Assembly: GCF_030144855.1 (NCBI RefSeq)
Contig: NC_082726.1
Span: 36,394,001-36,458,000, forward strand
Origin: Hypanus sabinus
Taxonomy: Eukaryota
DNA: 64,000 nt
Direction: 5' to 3'
Positions 50,847 through 63,017 of this stretch are shown here, piece after piece (the stretch's first letter is position 1; each line of letters starts with the position of its first letter). The notes under the pieces were generated by a model, which worked only from the letters and a program-made list of their open reading frames with translations, made no database searches and was not told the DNA's origin. The position numbers and the translations under genes were made by a program.

Positions 50847-51850
50847 GTGAGTGCATTGGTTCAAATCCCAAAGGTATCTTTTGTTGCTAGGGGCTTTTGT
50901 GTCTGGTGGGTGAAAGTAAGATTGTATTTAGTACCTAATCATAGAGAAATTAATTAGCAACTAATGACTCTGTAGGAAGCTGCCTGCTAGCAGTATTTTT
51001 GTGAGGCATCAAAACCCAGGGTATTCTGGAATATTCTGAGCTGAGCCAGGGTAGGGGGAAATAAGCCATATGTAGCTATTCTGCTTTATTCCAGCCATAG
51101 TGCCACATAATGGGCCATGCTAGTTTGAATGGGTTGCTGAGCTTTATTAAATTTGTCACAGGGGTTTTAAAAATTTCAATATATATACATTTATAACTAA
51201 GTCAATGCCAACTGATTTTGAATGTTTCTGATGATCAGACATTTAGAAACAGAGAACTGATAGCTCAAGCTGTCAAAGGTCAACAGGTTGATGTGGTCTC
51301 ATATTATCCAGAATCCTTGATGCCATGTATTTCCCACTCTAGCTGGGGGGGACATGGAACCAAGGCCTCGTGGGGAGCTGTGCTGCAATGGAGAGTAAGT
51401 GTGGATGGTGGGTCAGATCAGGTATGATCCAACTAACACTTAAATGTTCATCACTTGTAAAAAGGGCATCTGTTTTCAAAAACAGTAGGTTAGTTCTTAG
51501 TTCACTCACTGGTTCTAATGAGCCTTAGTAGGAGAATGTCTTGCATCACTAGTATGGAAATAGATTTCATTAATATTACCCAGCTCCTTGTTGGTGCAAG
51601 CTACAGCCAAATGTGTTTTCAATTTAAGAATGATTCAACACACAAATGCCAGAAAAAATACTCTTGGTATTCCAGTCATTTGATTTTCCTGTGAGCTAAC
51701 TGAGGCAGTGAAAAGATTTTTTGAACATAATTTGTGTTATTCTTGGTCACATTAATTTTGTGAAATCAGATTATCTCAGATCTTTTATCAAATGACCACT
51801 GAAATTTGCCCAGGTTAAGTAACCAACATGGTTTTGTTTGTCTTTCATAG

Positions 51851-51993
51851 ATGCGATGTTCTGGAATGGCTTGGAACCCTGAAGTTGCCACTCAACTAGT
51901 TCTTGCATCTGAAGATGATCGTATGCCTGTGCTGCAAATATGGGACTTGCGGTTTGCAACTTCCCCTCTCAAAGTTCTAGAGAATCACACCAG
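51851..51993 (+). CDS. SEC31B: SEC31B coding exon 6
   Basis: [47 protein letters not shown](R); 143 nt. Confidence 0.96.
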
Positions 51994-53107
51994 GTACTGA
52001 AATCTCGATTGGGGATAGTGTTGCAATTGCAAACCTGCTGCCTTTAGGCAACAAAAGGGTGTGGTGGATAAGGAGATAGGAAATTTTGTCATCCATATTT
52101 TCAGTGGTAAGTTGCTTGCAATCTTTAAATTTGACTTTTCCCCTCTGGAAAGTTATGTTCACAGTTATTAACTAATAATTAAAATTTTCTTTCTTTTTTG
52201 TAGCTGTTCTGTTTCCTCATTCTGCCTATATATATTTAACTTTTCCTCAGCTTTTGAATCACACTCATTCTCTCCCTAGTCTTGTATATGATCTATCAAA
52301 CCCTCTTATTCTACTTTAAAATTCTCCTTCCTTGTGCTACCTATATAATTATCTCGGGTGCTTACCTTTACCCTGAATATAAAGGTAGACACCAAAAAGT
52401 GTTATAGAACGTATTAAGCATCTGAAATTAACAAGATTCCTGTAAAGCAGGAACTGAGCTGCTTTAGCGCCTTGGAGTCTAATAATTGTGTTGCAAAATT
52501 TGAAAATAGTACTCTGTTAGCTGGAAGCCACCATATCGACAAAGCAGTAACATTTTTGACTGATTTGATTGGAATATATGCTTGGTTACAAGACCAATTT
52601 GCCAGCTAGAGAGTTGCTAAACTTTGAGCTAATTATAAGACCATAAGGCATTGGAGCAGAATTAGGCCAATCAGCCCATCGAGTCTGCTCTGTCATTCCA
52701 TCATGGCTGATTATGGTGTAAGTGTGTGTAAAACAAAACATTCATTGGGAATATAAGGCACTGGACTGGGAAATTCTGTGTTCATTCTGATATTTTTAAA
52801 ATTTTGTCAGAAGTAGTATGTCTGAAAATGACAGTAATCTTCAATTTGGTGGTATTATTTTAAGATTTCCTGTGGCTTTTTTTCTGCTCTGTGCTCATAC
52901 CTACGTTTTAAAAATGATGCTTCAGGCTCTTCTTGTTCAAGCTGTCCTCCTTTCACCACAACCCTATCAGTGTAACTCTGATGCTTCAAACTAGATTCAA
53001 CTCAATGAGGAATCATGGAAAATTAAACTGAATCTTATGGTCTAATGTTTCTTTATTTTTAAGTACAGCTTTTGCATGATTTTCTGATAGTTTCCATTTT
53101 ATCATAG

Positions 53108-53207
53108 AGGTATTCTATCCATATCGTGGTGTCAAGCTGATGCAGAGTTGCTCCTTAGCAGTGCAAAAGATAATAGGATCTTGTGCTGGAATCCTAATAG
53201 TGGAGAG
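53108..53207 (+). CDS. SEC31B: SEC31B coding exon 7
   Basis: [33 protein letters not shown]; 100 nt. Confidence 0.96.
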
Positions 53208-53414
53208 GTGAGTGACTGTCGTTTATAGTTAGTACAACAATGCAAAAGTGCTAATATTTTTTAGATGATATAAAGAACTAACTGTTATGTAAGCCATGGT
53301 GGTTGATCTGTTAATGGGAGCAAATTATACTAACTGCTTCAACTATCAATACATTAATGAACGGTTTTGCTAACCTTTGTGACGTGATTTGATGTTTCTG
53401 TGGATTGATTTCAG

Positions 53415-53576
53415 GTAGTCTATGAGCTTCCAACAAGCACTCAATGGTGCTTCGATGTCCAGTGGTGCCCTCGTAATCCTGCAGTTCTGTCAGCTGCTTC
53501 CTTTGATGGCCACATCAGTATTTACTCTGTAATGGGAGGGAGTCTTGAAGCACAGAATCAAGACCATGTTGACAAG
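53415..53576 (+). CDS. SEC31B: SEC31B coding exon 8
   Basis: [54 protein letters not shown]; 162 nt. Confidence 0.96.
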
Positions 53577-53820
53577 GTGGGTGAATTTCTCTGTAGTCAG
53601 ATAGTGTAGTACATAATTAAGGGATATAATTGGAGAGCTTAAGAAATCAAGTGCAGGATACAGAGGATTTAGGAATTGTACTTGCATTAACTTTCATCAA
53701 AAATAACTGAAATCTTATTCTTCCTTTTTATTATAATGGATTATGCATGATTTCTTAAGGGAACATGGATGCAAATTTCTCAATTGCTCCTTGCTAATGC
53801 ATTTCCTATAAATATGTGGG

Positions 53821-54034
53821 TGTGGCGACCCACTTTCTGTGCAGGCGAACCGGCTCACAAATAGCCAGTGCACAGGAAGAGACTTTGGTAATGCACCTCT
53901 GATGTCATTTCCACCCGGAGAGGGCGAACGCTAGGGATTAAATGCCAGCGCCGCGAAGTTTGAATAAACTAGTCTCGAGACGACTTACTGACTGCGTGTC
54001 GTTATTTCAGCACTGTGTGTAGCACATCGCTACA
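53821..54034 (+). mobile_element. Solo LTR (Gypsy-type)
   Basis: TGTGGCGA...TCGCTACA terminal inverted repeat and internal AATAAA. Shares cgaaccggctcacaaatagcca and the 3' gtagcacatcgctaca with the hAT-borne LTRs. Confidence 0.7.
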
Positions 54035-54864
54035 TCTGATTGTTTTCTCACCACACCCTGCTATTTGCCCCACATTGTTCCTCATCCTCCCCATTCCTCT
54101 CCATTTTCAGTAAGTTTCTTGTTAAATTTGAGTTCTCTCCAGCTTTAAAGCAGGAACATGTCTTTGATGTTCTCTTTGATCTACTAGCAAACCTCATGGT
54201 TTATACCAGGGGTGGGCAAACTTTTTGACGAGGGCCACAAAGGGTTTTAAAATTTGACAGGGGGACCGGACCAGGAGCAGATGGACGGAGTGTTTTGGTA
54301 ATACATCTCAAAAGAGAAAATAAAATATCATGGGATATGTAGAAAACGTGCTTTTATTTCAATTGAAAATGAACAAATGCATTACAACAAAATGTCTGTC
54401 TTTGAAGTCCCATGGTATTTAGCTATTTATTGAAATGACTTTTAAAACACTGAAAATTAAATGAATAAAATACAGTTTTTTTAAATAGTAACAGTTATTA
54501 TTTTAAAGCACTGAAAATTCTGTTATCTTTCAAGATATTATCATCATCACTCTCCTCCTGAATGTCTTTATTTCAAAAACGGTAGGAGATGCAGGTCTAC
54601 TTGTCCTGCTCCTTCTTATTCAATTGTCCCCTATGCCAAAACTCAACAACGACCCGCACAATGACAGAACAGTGAGAGCGCGCCAATATTTGCGGAGCGC
54701 ATTATTTGATCTGGAGCGCATTTTTTATTTTGAGAACGTACGTGCACCTGCGCACTACTCATGTCCATCACTTAACAGAAATGACGTAACATGTAAGGCT
54801 TATTGAAAAAAATATTTTCAAATGCATTTTTTACATAACACAACGAAGCAACTTATTTTTAATT

Positions 54865-55047
54865 TCAGTGGGAACAGTGTTGTTGGTCTCCCTTTTTAGC
54901 CAGCGCATCAAAGTCTGGATTTAGTTTTGTTGTGGCGATTCTCAGGATGGATCTGAGGTGTTGGTCAGTTAACTTGGATCTGTGGCTGGCTTTGTTGATG
55001 TTCATGACGCTGAATGCCTGTTCACACAAATAGGTTGAGCCGAACAA
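54865..55047 (-). pseudogene. hAT transposase C-terminal dimerisation-domain fragment
   Basis: FGSTYLCEQAFSVMNINKASHRSKLTDQHLRSILRIATT...QQHCSH* matches the hATC signature of Charlie/GTF2IRD2-like transposases. Confidence 0.85.
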
Positions 55048-55099
55048 AGAGTAAAGCGCAAATGTGGAGTAATACGCTGCACCTCAACAAAGGTCAATG

Positions 55100-55333
55100 T
55101 GTAGCGGTGTGCTACATGCAGCGCTAAAATTACGACATGGAGTCGGTAACTGCAGTTGAAGAAAAAAACTTTATTCGAAATCCCCAGCCTCACTTTTAAG
55201 CCTCCCTCAACCTGCCCCCCTGTGCAGAGGCTCCAAAGCTCTGTGCTCGCAAATCCCCGCAGGCTATCTCCCTTAGCCGGAACGCTGGCTAATTGTGAGC
55301 CAGTTCGGATGTGCCAGGAAATGGGTTGCCACA
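55100..55333 (-). mobile_element. Solo LTR (Gypsy-type) nested in hAT
   Basis: TGTAGCGG...TTGCCACA termini and perfect 4-bp TSD AATG (55096-55099 and 55334-55337). Confidence 0.85.
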
Positions 55334-56155
55334 AATGTATATAGAGTGCGTCATCTATTGGGAAAACGCCAGAATTGCGGGGAAAAAACGTTAACAAGGT
55401 TTATTAATATAATTTCATCAAGTTCTGCAGGCCGGATTAAAAAGCTTAACGGGCCACAGTTTGCCCATGCCTGGTTTATACTGTTGATTAATGCAATTGC
55501 TCAACTCTGCAAAATTCTTAATATCCCTCATTTGGCATTCATATTTTTGACTGATTGTATGATATTGACTGCCATAAGGAGCTGTGATTGTTTATAGCTC
55601 TGAACATTGTGTTGATAATTCATTGGCATTTCAAAATCCATACAAATGGGGGAGACGAGTGGGCTATTTGGTTCTTAAAGCTTGCTCTGCTCTTCAGTAA
55701 GCTCCAAACTCCTGCAGATCCCCAGTAGCCTTTTGCTTCCTTGCTTATCAAGAATCTATTTTCACTGTCTTCCACAACCCTTTAAGGATAAGGCATCCAA
55801 CTCCTTCTAGGAATCAGTCCAATAAGCCGCCTCTGGACTGCTTCCAATACATTTACATCAGCCTTTAACTAAAGAGAGCAAGACTGTACTCAGTACTTGC
55901 AATATGGTCTCACCTATAATTGAAGCAAAACTTCTCAACTGAGATATCAAATCTCTTACCAATAAACAATATTATTCTGGGGGGTGGAGTTTCAAGATGG
56001 CGATGTAAACATCTGCCTTTTAGGCGCTCTTCATTTTTTTCAACTATAATCACCCTTTAATCAAATCTTTTCGAACTTAATCATATGAGTTGCTACTTCT
56101 GATTAACTTTTTTTTTTCCTAAAACAATATTTGATCTAATCTTGTCAAACTTAAA

Positions 56156-56985
56156 ATGGCTACAAGCAAGAAATTGTCTAAGGATCCTTTTCCCGTCGAC
56201 ATAATTTCTAATCTTCTGGATGCTAAACTTGCGGGTTTGGAAGGCAGATTAGAAGGTAAATTGGGAAGTAGACTGACAAGTTTGGAAAATAAGCTTACCA
56301 TGAAAATATCTGAACTTGAAGAAGTTGATAGATCGCTTGAAACTAAGCTTCAATCGCAGGCATCAGATATTCAGCGGCATGAAGATAAGATCAAGACTCT
56401 TGAAAAATCAATTTGTGAAAAAGTACGTACAATTGAAGCGCTGGAGAAGAAGATAGTCGACTGCTAAAACTATGGATCAGTATAAGTTTAAAATTACTGA
56501 TCTCGAAAACCGATCTCGTAGACAGAATTTGCGTATCATCGGATTTCCCGAAAAAGTTGAGTCCGGTGATTTAACTGAATTTTTCTCTAAATTATTGTGG
56601 GAAATTTTCGGTGATGAAGGTTTGCATACTAAACCTGTTATCGACCGCGCTCACAGAGTTGCGAGATTTTTGGCTGTGTATGGTAAACCACGAGCGGTGA
56701 TTGTTTGCCTTCATTATCCTCGGGAGAAAGAGCTTTTAATTCGATTAGCTCTCTTACAACACCAACACATTTCAAATTGTTGAAGATTATTCATACGAAG
56801 TAATGAGAGCGAGAATCGCTTTTAAACCAGTGATGGCAGAGATTCACTCGATTGGACTTAAACAAGCTTTAATGTATCCAGCGAAGCTTAGAATTACGCT
56901 GAACGACAATAGTCAGCAATTTTTCAACACTCCGGAAGAAGCGAAGAAATTTGTTGAAGAATATCGATCTTCTAGTGCAACTTGA
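56156..56985 (+). pseudogene. L1 ORF1 (coiled coil, RRM, CTD), broken into three ORFs
   Basis: Heptad-rich N-terminus, DLENRSRRQNLRIIGFPE, IDRAHR, LMYPAKLRI. Confidence 0.92.
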
Positions 56986-57948
56986 ACTATGTGTTATATT
57001 GAAGATTTTTCGGAGAGAGGATGCCATCTCATTTTAAGTTTTAACCTATGAAGCTGGGTTACAACTTCTTATTCTGATCTACGGGTCTGGTTCTTTTTTT
57101 TTACTAACATCATTGTTTATAGATGCTGTTTTAATTTTTATAATACCTTTTTTTAATTTTTTTTTCTGTTTCGGATATACACGTTTATATTTTGTAATAA
57201 TGATTTACTTTTTTTTCAAGATGTCGTTTCTTTTTCCCATAAGACTTTGCTTTCTGTAAGCGTTTATTTGTTTGCCTGTACTTAGAAATGGGAAGAATGT
57301 TTTGAATTTTTTAGTCTTTTTTTTATGTATTGTAGTGTCTATTAAATCTTTCTTTTAATCCTATTTTGATAACTTTTTTATTAAATTTTTTTAATAGATT
57401 GCTGAACTTACATTTATATTTTGTAATAATGGCTTTTTCAAAATGTCGTTTCTTCTTCCCATAAGTCTTTGCTTTTGAAACGTCATCTTTCTTGTATTTG
57501 AACATGGAATTTTTTTTTAAAGGTATATTACACTTTCAAACTTTAATGTTTATACTTTTTTTTATTAATGATTGTTTGTTTTATTATATTAGTTTTTTCA
57601 TCCTGACTGATATATATTTTCTTTTTGCAACCCTATATTTAAATCTGGGTGTTACATAGTTTTTTTTAAATCTTTTTATGGAGCTGCCATCTTGAAATGG
57701 GGGTAATGTTAGTGTTAGATTATGCGCCTGCCGCTTGGTTTTCTTTCGAAGGGTGGGGGAGGGGGGAGGGATCTTTTTTCACGCTTTTGCTTTTTATTTT
57801 TTTGCTTTTAGTTTATGGGCCGACGTTAAATTATTAATATTGTTGAGGTGTCATGTTCTCCGGTTGCTCCTGAATCAATTTTCCTTCTTCCTGAATTATG
57901 GGTTATGTGTCTTTTTAACCTTTTATGATACACACAACTAATGTTGGC

Positions 57949-60900
57949 ATGATGGATAAATCTATTAACTTTATCTCTTGGAATACTAATGGTTTAAATC
58001 ATCCGATTAAACGTAAAAAAAATATTTAAAGTATTCCATAGATTGAACGCTAATATTATTTTTGTACAGGAGACCCATATTAGGAGGGAGGATAATCAAC
58101 GTTTTTTTAGGTTCTGGAAGGGTCAACAATTTCACTCGAATTGTACCGCCAAAATTAGGGGTGTGTCTATTTTTATAGACCCCTCAATTTCGTTTACACA
58201 TCATGAAATTATTTCTGATCCACAGGGCAGATTTTTGTTGATAACTGGTTCACTTTTTAATCAAAAAGTGGTTCTAGTTAATATTTATGCTCCAAACTTT
58301 GACTGCCCGGAATTTTTTAAACGTTTATTTACTTCCCTTCCTAATCTAAATGAATATATGTTGATAATGGGTGGAGATTTTAATTGTTGTTTGAATCCTT
58401 CGAGGATAGATCTAAACCTATTCGAACTCTTCCGAATAGATCAGCCTTACTTATTAATTCTTTTATGGCCGATTTGGGAATTACTGAAATATGGCGGTTT
58501 TTGAACCCTAAAGATAAAGAATTTTCATTTTTTTCACATGTATATCATAGTTATTCTAGAATTGATTATTTCCTTATTGATCATCGTTTATTAACAGATG
58601 TTACTGATTGTAAATATGATTCTATTGCCATTTCGGATCATGCACCTTTGAAGTTATCTATCAAGATCTCGGACTCTTCCATTAATACTAGATCTTGGAG
58701 ACTCAACGCTACTTTGCTTCAAGATCCAGAATTTATTACCTTCATAAAACAACAAATTGACTTATTTTTTTCAACAAACTATACCGAAGAGATTGACAGA
58801 GGAATACTTTGGGACTCCTTCAAGGCTTTTATTCGTGGACAAATTATCTCATATTCCGTTGGTAAAAGAAAACAAAGATATTTAGATATAGCTTTATTGG
58901 TGGATAAAATTAAAGAAATTGATAAGATTTATTCCGTTACTCCTACCAAAGAACTTTATAAGAAGAGAGTTGAGCTTCAAATGGAACATAGCTTATTATT
59001 ATCTTCTTCAATTGAGAATCAATTAATCAAGACTAGGGCTCAATTTTATATTCATAGTGATCGAACTGGTAAACTGTTAGCTAATCAATTAAAAGCTATT
59101 TCGACTAAGCGACAAATTATTAAAATTCGTAAACAAGACGGTAATTTAACTACTGATCATAAAGAAATCAATAACACTTTTCAAGATTTTTATAAATCTT
59201 TATATCAATCAGAATTTGATGGTGACCTGTCCATGATGGATAATTTTTTTAACAATTTGAATATCCCTGAACTGATAGATGAAGATCGTAGCTTGCTTGA
59301 TGCTCCTTTATCTATGACCGAAATAAGAGAGGCTATCTCATCAATGAATTCAGGGAAAGCTCCTGGCCCTGATGGTTATATTGTAGAATTTTTAAAAACT
59401 TTTTCTTCTTTGCTTTCCCCTTGGTTATGTGAAATCTTTAATGATGCGTTTGCTAAGGATTACCTCAATCTTTTTATGAAGCTGCTATCTCTCTAATTCT
59501 TAAAAAAGATAAAGATCCTACTTTATGTGCATCTTATCGCCCTATATCCTTATTAAATGTAGATTCTAAGATTCTTACAAATATTTTAGCCATTAGATTA
59601 GAAAAGGTACTATCACAGATTATTTCAGAAGATCAAACTGGTTTCATTAGGAATCGGTATTCCTTTTTTAATGTTAGAAAATTGATTAATATAATTTATA
59701 CTTCATCACCCACAACCCCAGAATGTGTTATCTCATTAGATGCTGAAAAAGCTTTTGATAGAGTTGAATGGACATACTTATTTAATGCATTGAGAAATTT
59801 TAATTTTAGTCCTAATTTTATATCATGGATTAAATTAATATATTATAAACCTGTTGCTTCTGTTCTTACAAATAATTATAGATCCTCTTTTTTTCAATTA
59901 TCTTGTGGTACGAGACAAGGTTGTCCTTTAAGTCCTTTATTATTTAATATCGCATTAGAACCTTTAGCCATTGCTATTCGTGAATCTCCTAATATTTTTG
60001 GTATTACCCGTAATGAGAAGTTATACAAATTATCACTTTATGCTGATGACTTGCTGTTATATATTTCTGATCCTGACAGGTCTATTCCCGCTATTTTATC
60101 CTTGTTGGCTCAATTTGGTAGTTTTTCTGGTTATAAATTAAACTTAGATAAGAGTGAATTATTCCCCTTAAACGCGCAAACTTTATTGAATGACAGGATA
60201 CCATTTAAAGTTGTTACTGATAACTTTATCTATTTAGGTATAAAAATTACCAAGAAATATAAAGATTTATTGAGACTGAATTTTTTACCTATGCTTCATC
60301 AAATTCAACAATTTACTACAAGATGGTCTCCCTTATTCCTATCATTAGTTGGATTAATGCTATTAAAATGATGATTTTACCGAAATTTTTATATTTATTT
60401 CAAGCCTTACCAACTTTTATTCCTAAATCTTTTTTTGACAACATTAATTCAGAAATTTCCTCATTTGTGTGGCAAAATAAAAACCCCAGGTTAAGTAAAA
60501 GGCAATTACAAAAATCTAAAAAAGATGGTGGTTTAGCTTTACCTAACTTTAGATTTTACTATTGGGCGAATAATATTCGTAACCTAACGTATTGGAAATT
60601 AGATTTGGACTCACCATTGTGTCCACAGTGGGTAAATTTGGAATGCAATGAGGTAAAGGGATATTCTCTATTTTCCGTTCTTGGTTCTTTTCTTCCTGCT
60701 GATTTAGTTAAATTCAATAAACAGGTATCTAATCCTGTTATCAAACATGCACTACGAATTTGGTTTCAATTTTGTAAGTTTTTTACTCTGAAAAACTTTG
60801 TTCTTGATAGCCCTATTTTACTTAATTTTTTTTTCAAACCTTCATTGACAGATCAAGCTTTTAGCATATGGAAAAGGAAAGGTATAAAATGTTTTCGTGA

Positions 60901-61726
60901 TCTTTTTTTTGAAGGTACTTTGATGTCTTTTGACCAACTTTCCAACAAATTTAAATTACCTAAATCTAATTTTTTCAGATATTTACAAATCAGAAACTTC
61001 TTACATAAAGTTCTACCATCTTTTCCCAATTCAACTTCAATGGATTTCTCAGATTTGTTTTTTACCTTAAATCCTTGTCAGAAGGGATTAGTAGCTTTTA
61101 TTTATAATATGATTATGAAGATACAACCAGAAATATCAGATAGAATTAAACAAGAATGGGAAAAAGAACTTCGATACAATATATCAACAGATAAATGGGA
61201 AAAAATTTTACAAATGGTTAATTCCTCTTCTACATGTGCTAAACATGCTTTAATACAATTTAAAATTGTACATAGAGCTTATATGTCTAAAGATAAGCTT
61301 GCTCGATTCTATTCTCATATTAACCCTCAATGTGACAGATGTCATTCAGAAGTGGCTTCATTGACCCACATGTTTTGGTCATGTCCCACTTTACATAACT
61401 ATTGGAAGGACATATTTGTTACCATTTCCTCAATTTGGAATATCGATTTACAACCTCATTTTATTACTGCAATTTTTGGTATACCAAATGAGGATGGTAA
61501 TCAGTTTTCCCCTTCAATCAGACGAATGATTGCTTTTGTAACATTAATGGCCAGAAGGTCTATATTACAAAACTGGAAAGAAGTAAACCCTCCTACCACG
61601 TCTCAGTGGTTTTCTCAAACTATTTCTTATCTGAGTTTGGAAAAAATTAGAAGCACTATTTTTGACTCATCAATTAAATTTGAAGAAACTTGGGGACCGT
61701 TCATTCGACATTTTCATATGAGTTAA
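57949..61726 (+). pseudogene. L1 ORF2 (APE endonuclease, RT, CCHC), frameshifted
   Basis: SWNTNGL, VQETH, GGDFN, SDHAP, KAPGPDG, SLDAEKAFD, RQGCPLSP, YADD, and CDRC...HMFWSC. Frame breaks near 58020, 58400, 59460 and 60345. Confidence 0.95.
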
Positions 61727-62864
61727 TTTGGCCTTTTCCAGACCTCCTCTCTGCTTATTCTTGTTCAGGTATGGAGCTCCGGAGTTTTTTGACACTATCA
61801 TATACTTATAAACTGTTATTATTGCCCATGTTAGTTTAGTTTAGTGTTTTTTTTCAATATATATTCTTTTTTATATATTTTCAAATTTTTTTTTCCTTTT
61901 CTTTTGACGATTATTTTTGTTTTTTTTCATATATAATTATATAGACTTGATTGATTAATGTACCTTTTTTGTTGATGTTTAATAGGATATTATTATCCTA
62001 TTATTAATGCAATTTCAAGTCTACTGTATTCATAACCTATTCATTATTATGTTATGTTTATATATATATATATATATGAAACTCAATAAAAAGATTGAAA
62101 AAGAAAAGAAAGAAAGAAAGAATATTATTCTGTTACCTTTCCGTTATGTTTGCTATGCCTGCATACAAACATATTGTAAATCATGCCATAGGACTCCCAG
62201 ATGATTTGCAACTCGGAGCTCTGCAGTATCTAGATCATTTTGTATTTGTACTGCCAAAAAGACAATTTCACATTTATTCGTTTGCTAGATCTTTGCTCCC
62301 TCAACCCTTTGTAGTGTCCTTTATAGTATTTCACTAATTGATCCCTGATCTAAAAACACACACACACACCCTGCCCCCACCAGGTCAGGCAGGAAATGTT
62401 GACCCTTAATTCCTTTCTTCGTGGATGCTGCCTGATGAGTTGGGATCTTCCAGCATTTTGTATGTACTATTCTGGATTTTCAGCATCTGCAGAATCTCTT
62501 GTATTTATGATTTTCTGCTCTCAGATCTATTTTTATGCCATCAGCAAATTAATACCCATGCCGTCTGTACCTTGTAAAACTTAGAGGCCCCAGATGTGAT
62601 CTCCGTGGTATACTACTTTTTCCAAATTCCAACCAGAAAAAGATTCAGTTTTCCTTCTCTGTTTCTTGTAAGCCAGTCAGTCTTCTAGACATGCTAAAAT
62701 TTTACCTTTTAGTTTAATTTAGTTTTATTTTCCACATCAACCTTTGATATGGCACTTTATCAAATGTCTTCTAGAAATCCCAAGTATGGAGAGCCATTTG
62801 AACCTTTTGTTTTCTGCAACACTTAACTTTGAATGTTTTAAAATATTGTGTCTTTTGATTTCAG

Positions 62865-63017
62865 ATTTCTTCTTCATTCAAAAACTTGGACCCTTTTGGC
62901 ACTGGGCAGATACTTCCACCACTAGATATCCCTCAGAAAGCAGTTCAGCCCACTGTGATCCTTCCCTTGAAAAAGCCTCCCAAGTGGATCAGGAGACCTG
63001 TTGGAGCATCATTTGCT
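62865..63017 (+). CDS. SEC31B: SEC31B coding exon 9 (gene continues beyond window)
   Basis: [51 protein letters not shown]; acceptor tttcag, donor GTGAGT; 153 nt. Confidence 0.96.

Larger units (their letters stand above)
54207..55473 (-). mobile_element. Internally deleted hAT (Charlie/Buster-like) element
   Basis: TIRs CAGGGGTGGGCAAACT / AGTTTGCCCATGCCTG; perfect 8-bp TSD GTTTATAC (54199-54206 and 55474-55481); retains the transposase C-terminus. Confidence 0.93.
55980..62120 (+). mobile_element. Full-length LINE-1 (about 6.1 kb), frameshifted
   Basis: TSD AATATTATTCTG (55968-55979 and 62121-62132), G-rich 5' end with YY1 motif CAAGATGGCG, ORF1, long spacer, ORF2, AATAAA and (GAAA)n tail. 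Confidence 0.96.

Noticed and set aside
39112-63017. Calling the gene SEC31A
   Set aside because: Despite A-like segments, adjacency to NDUFB8/HIF1AN is the SEC31B locus.
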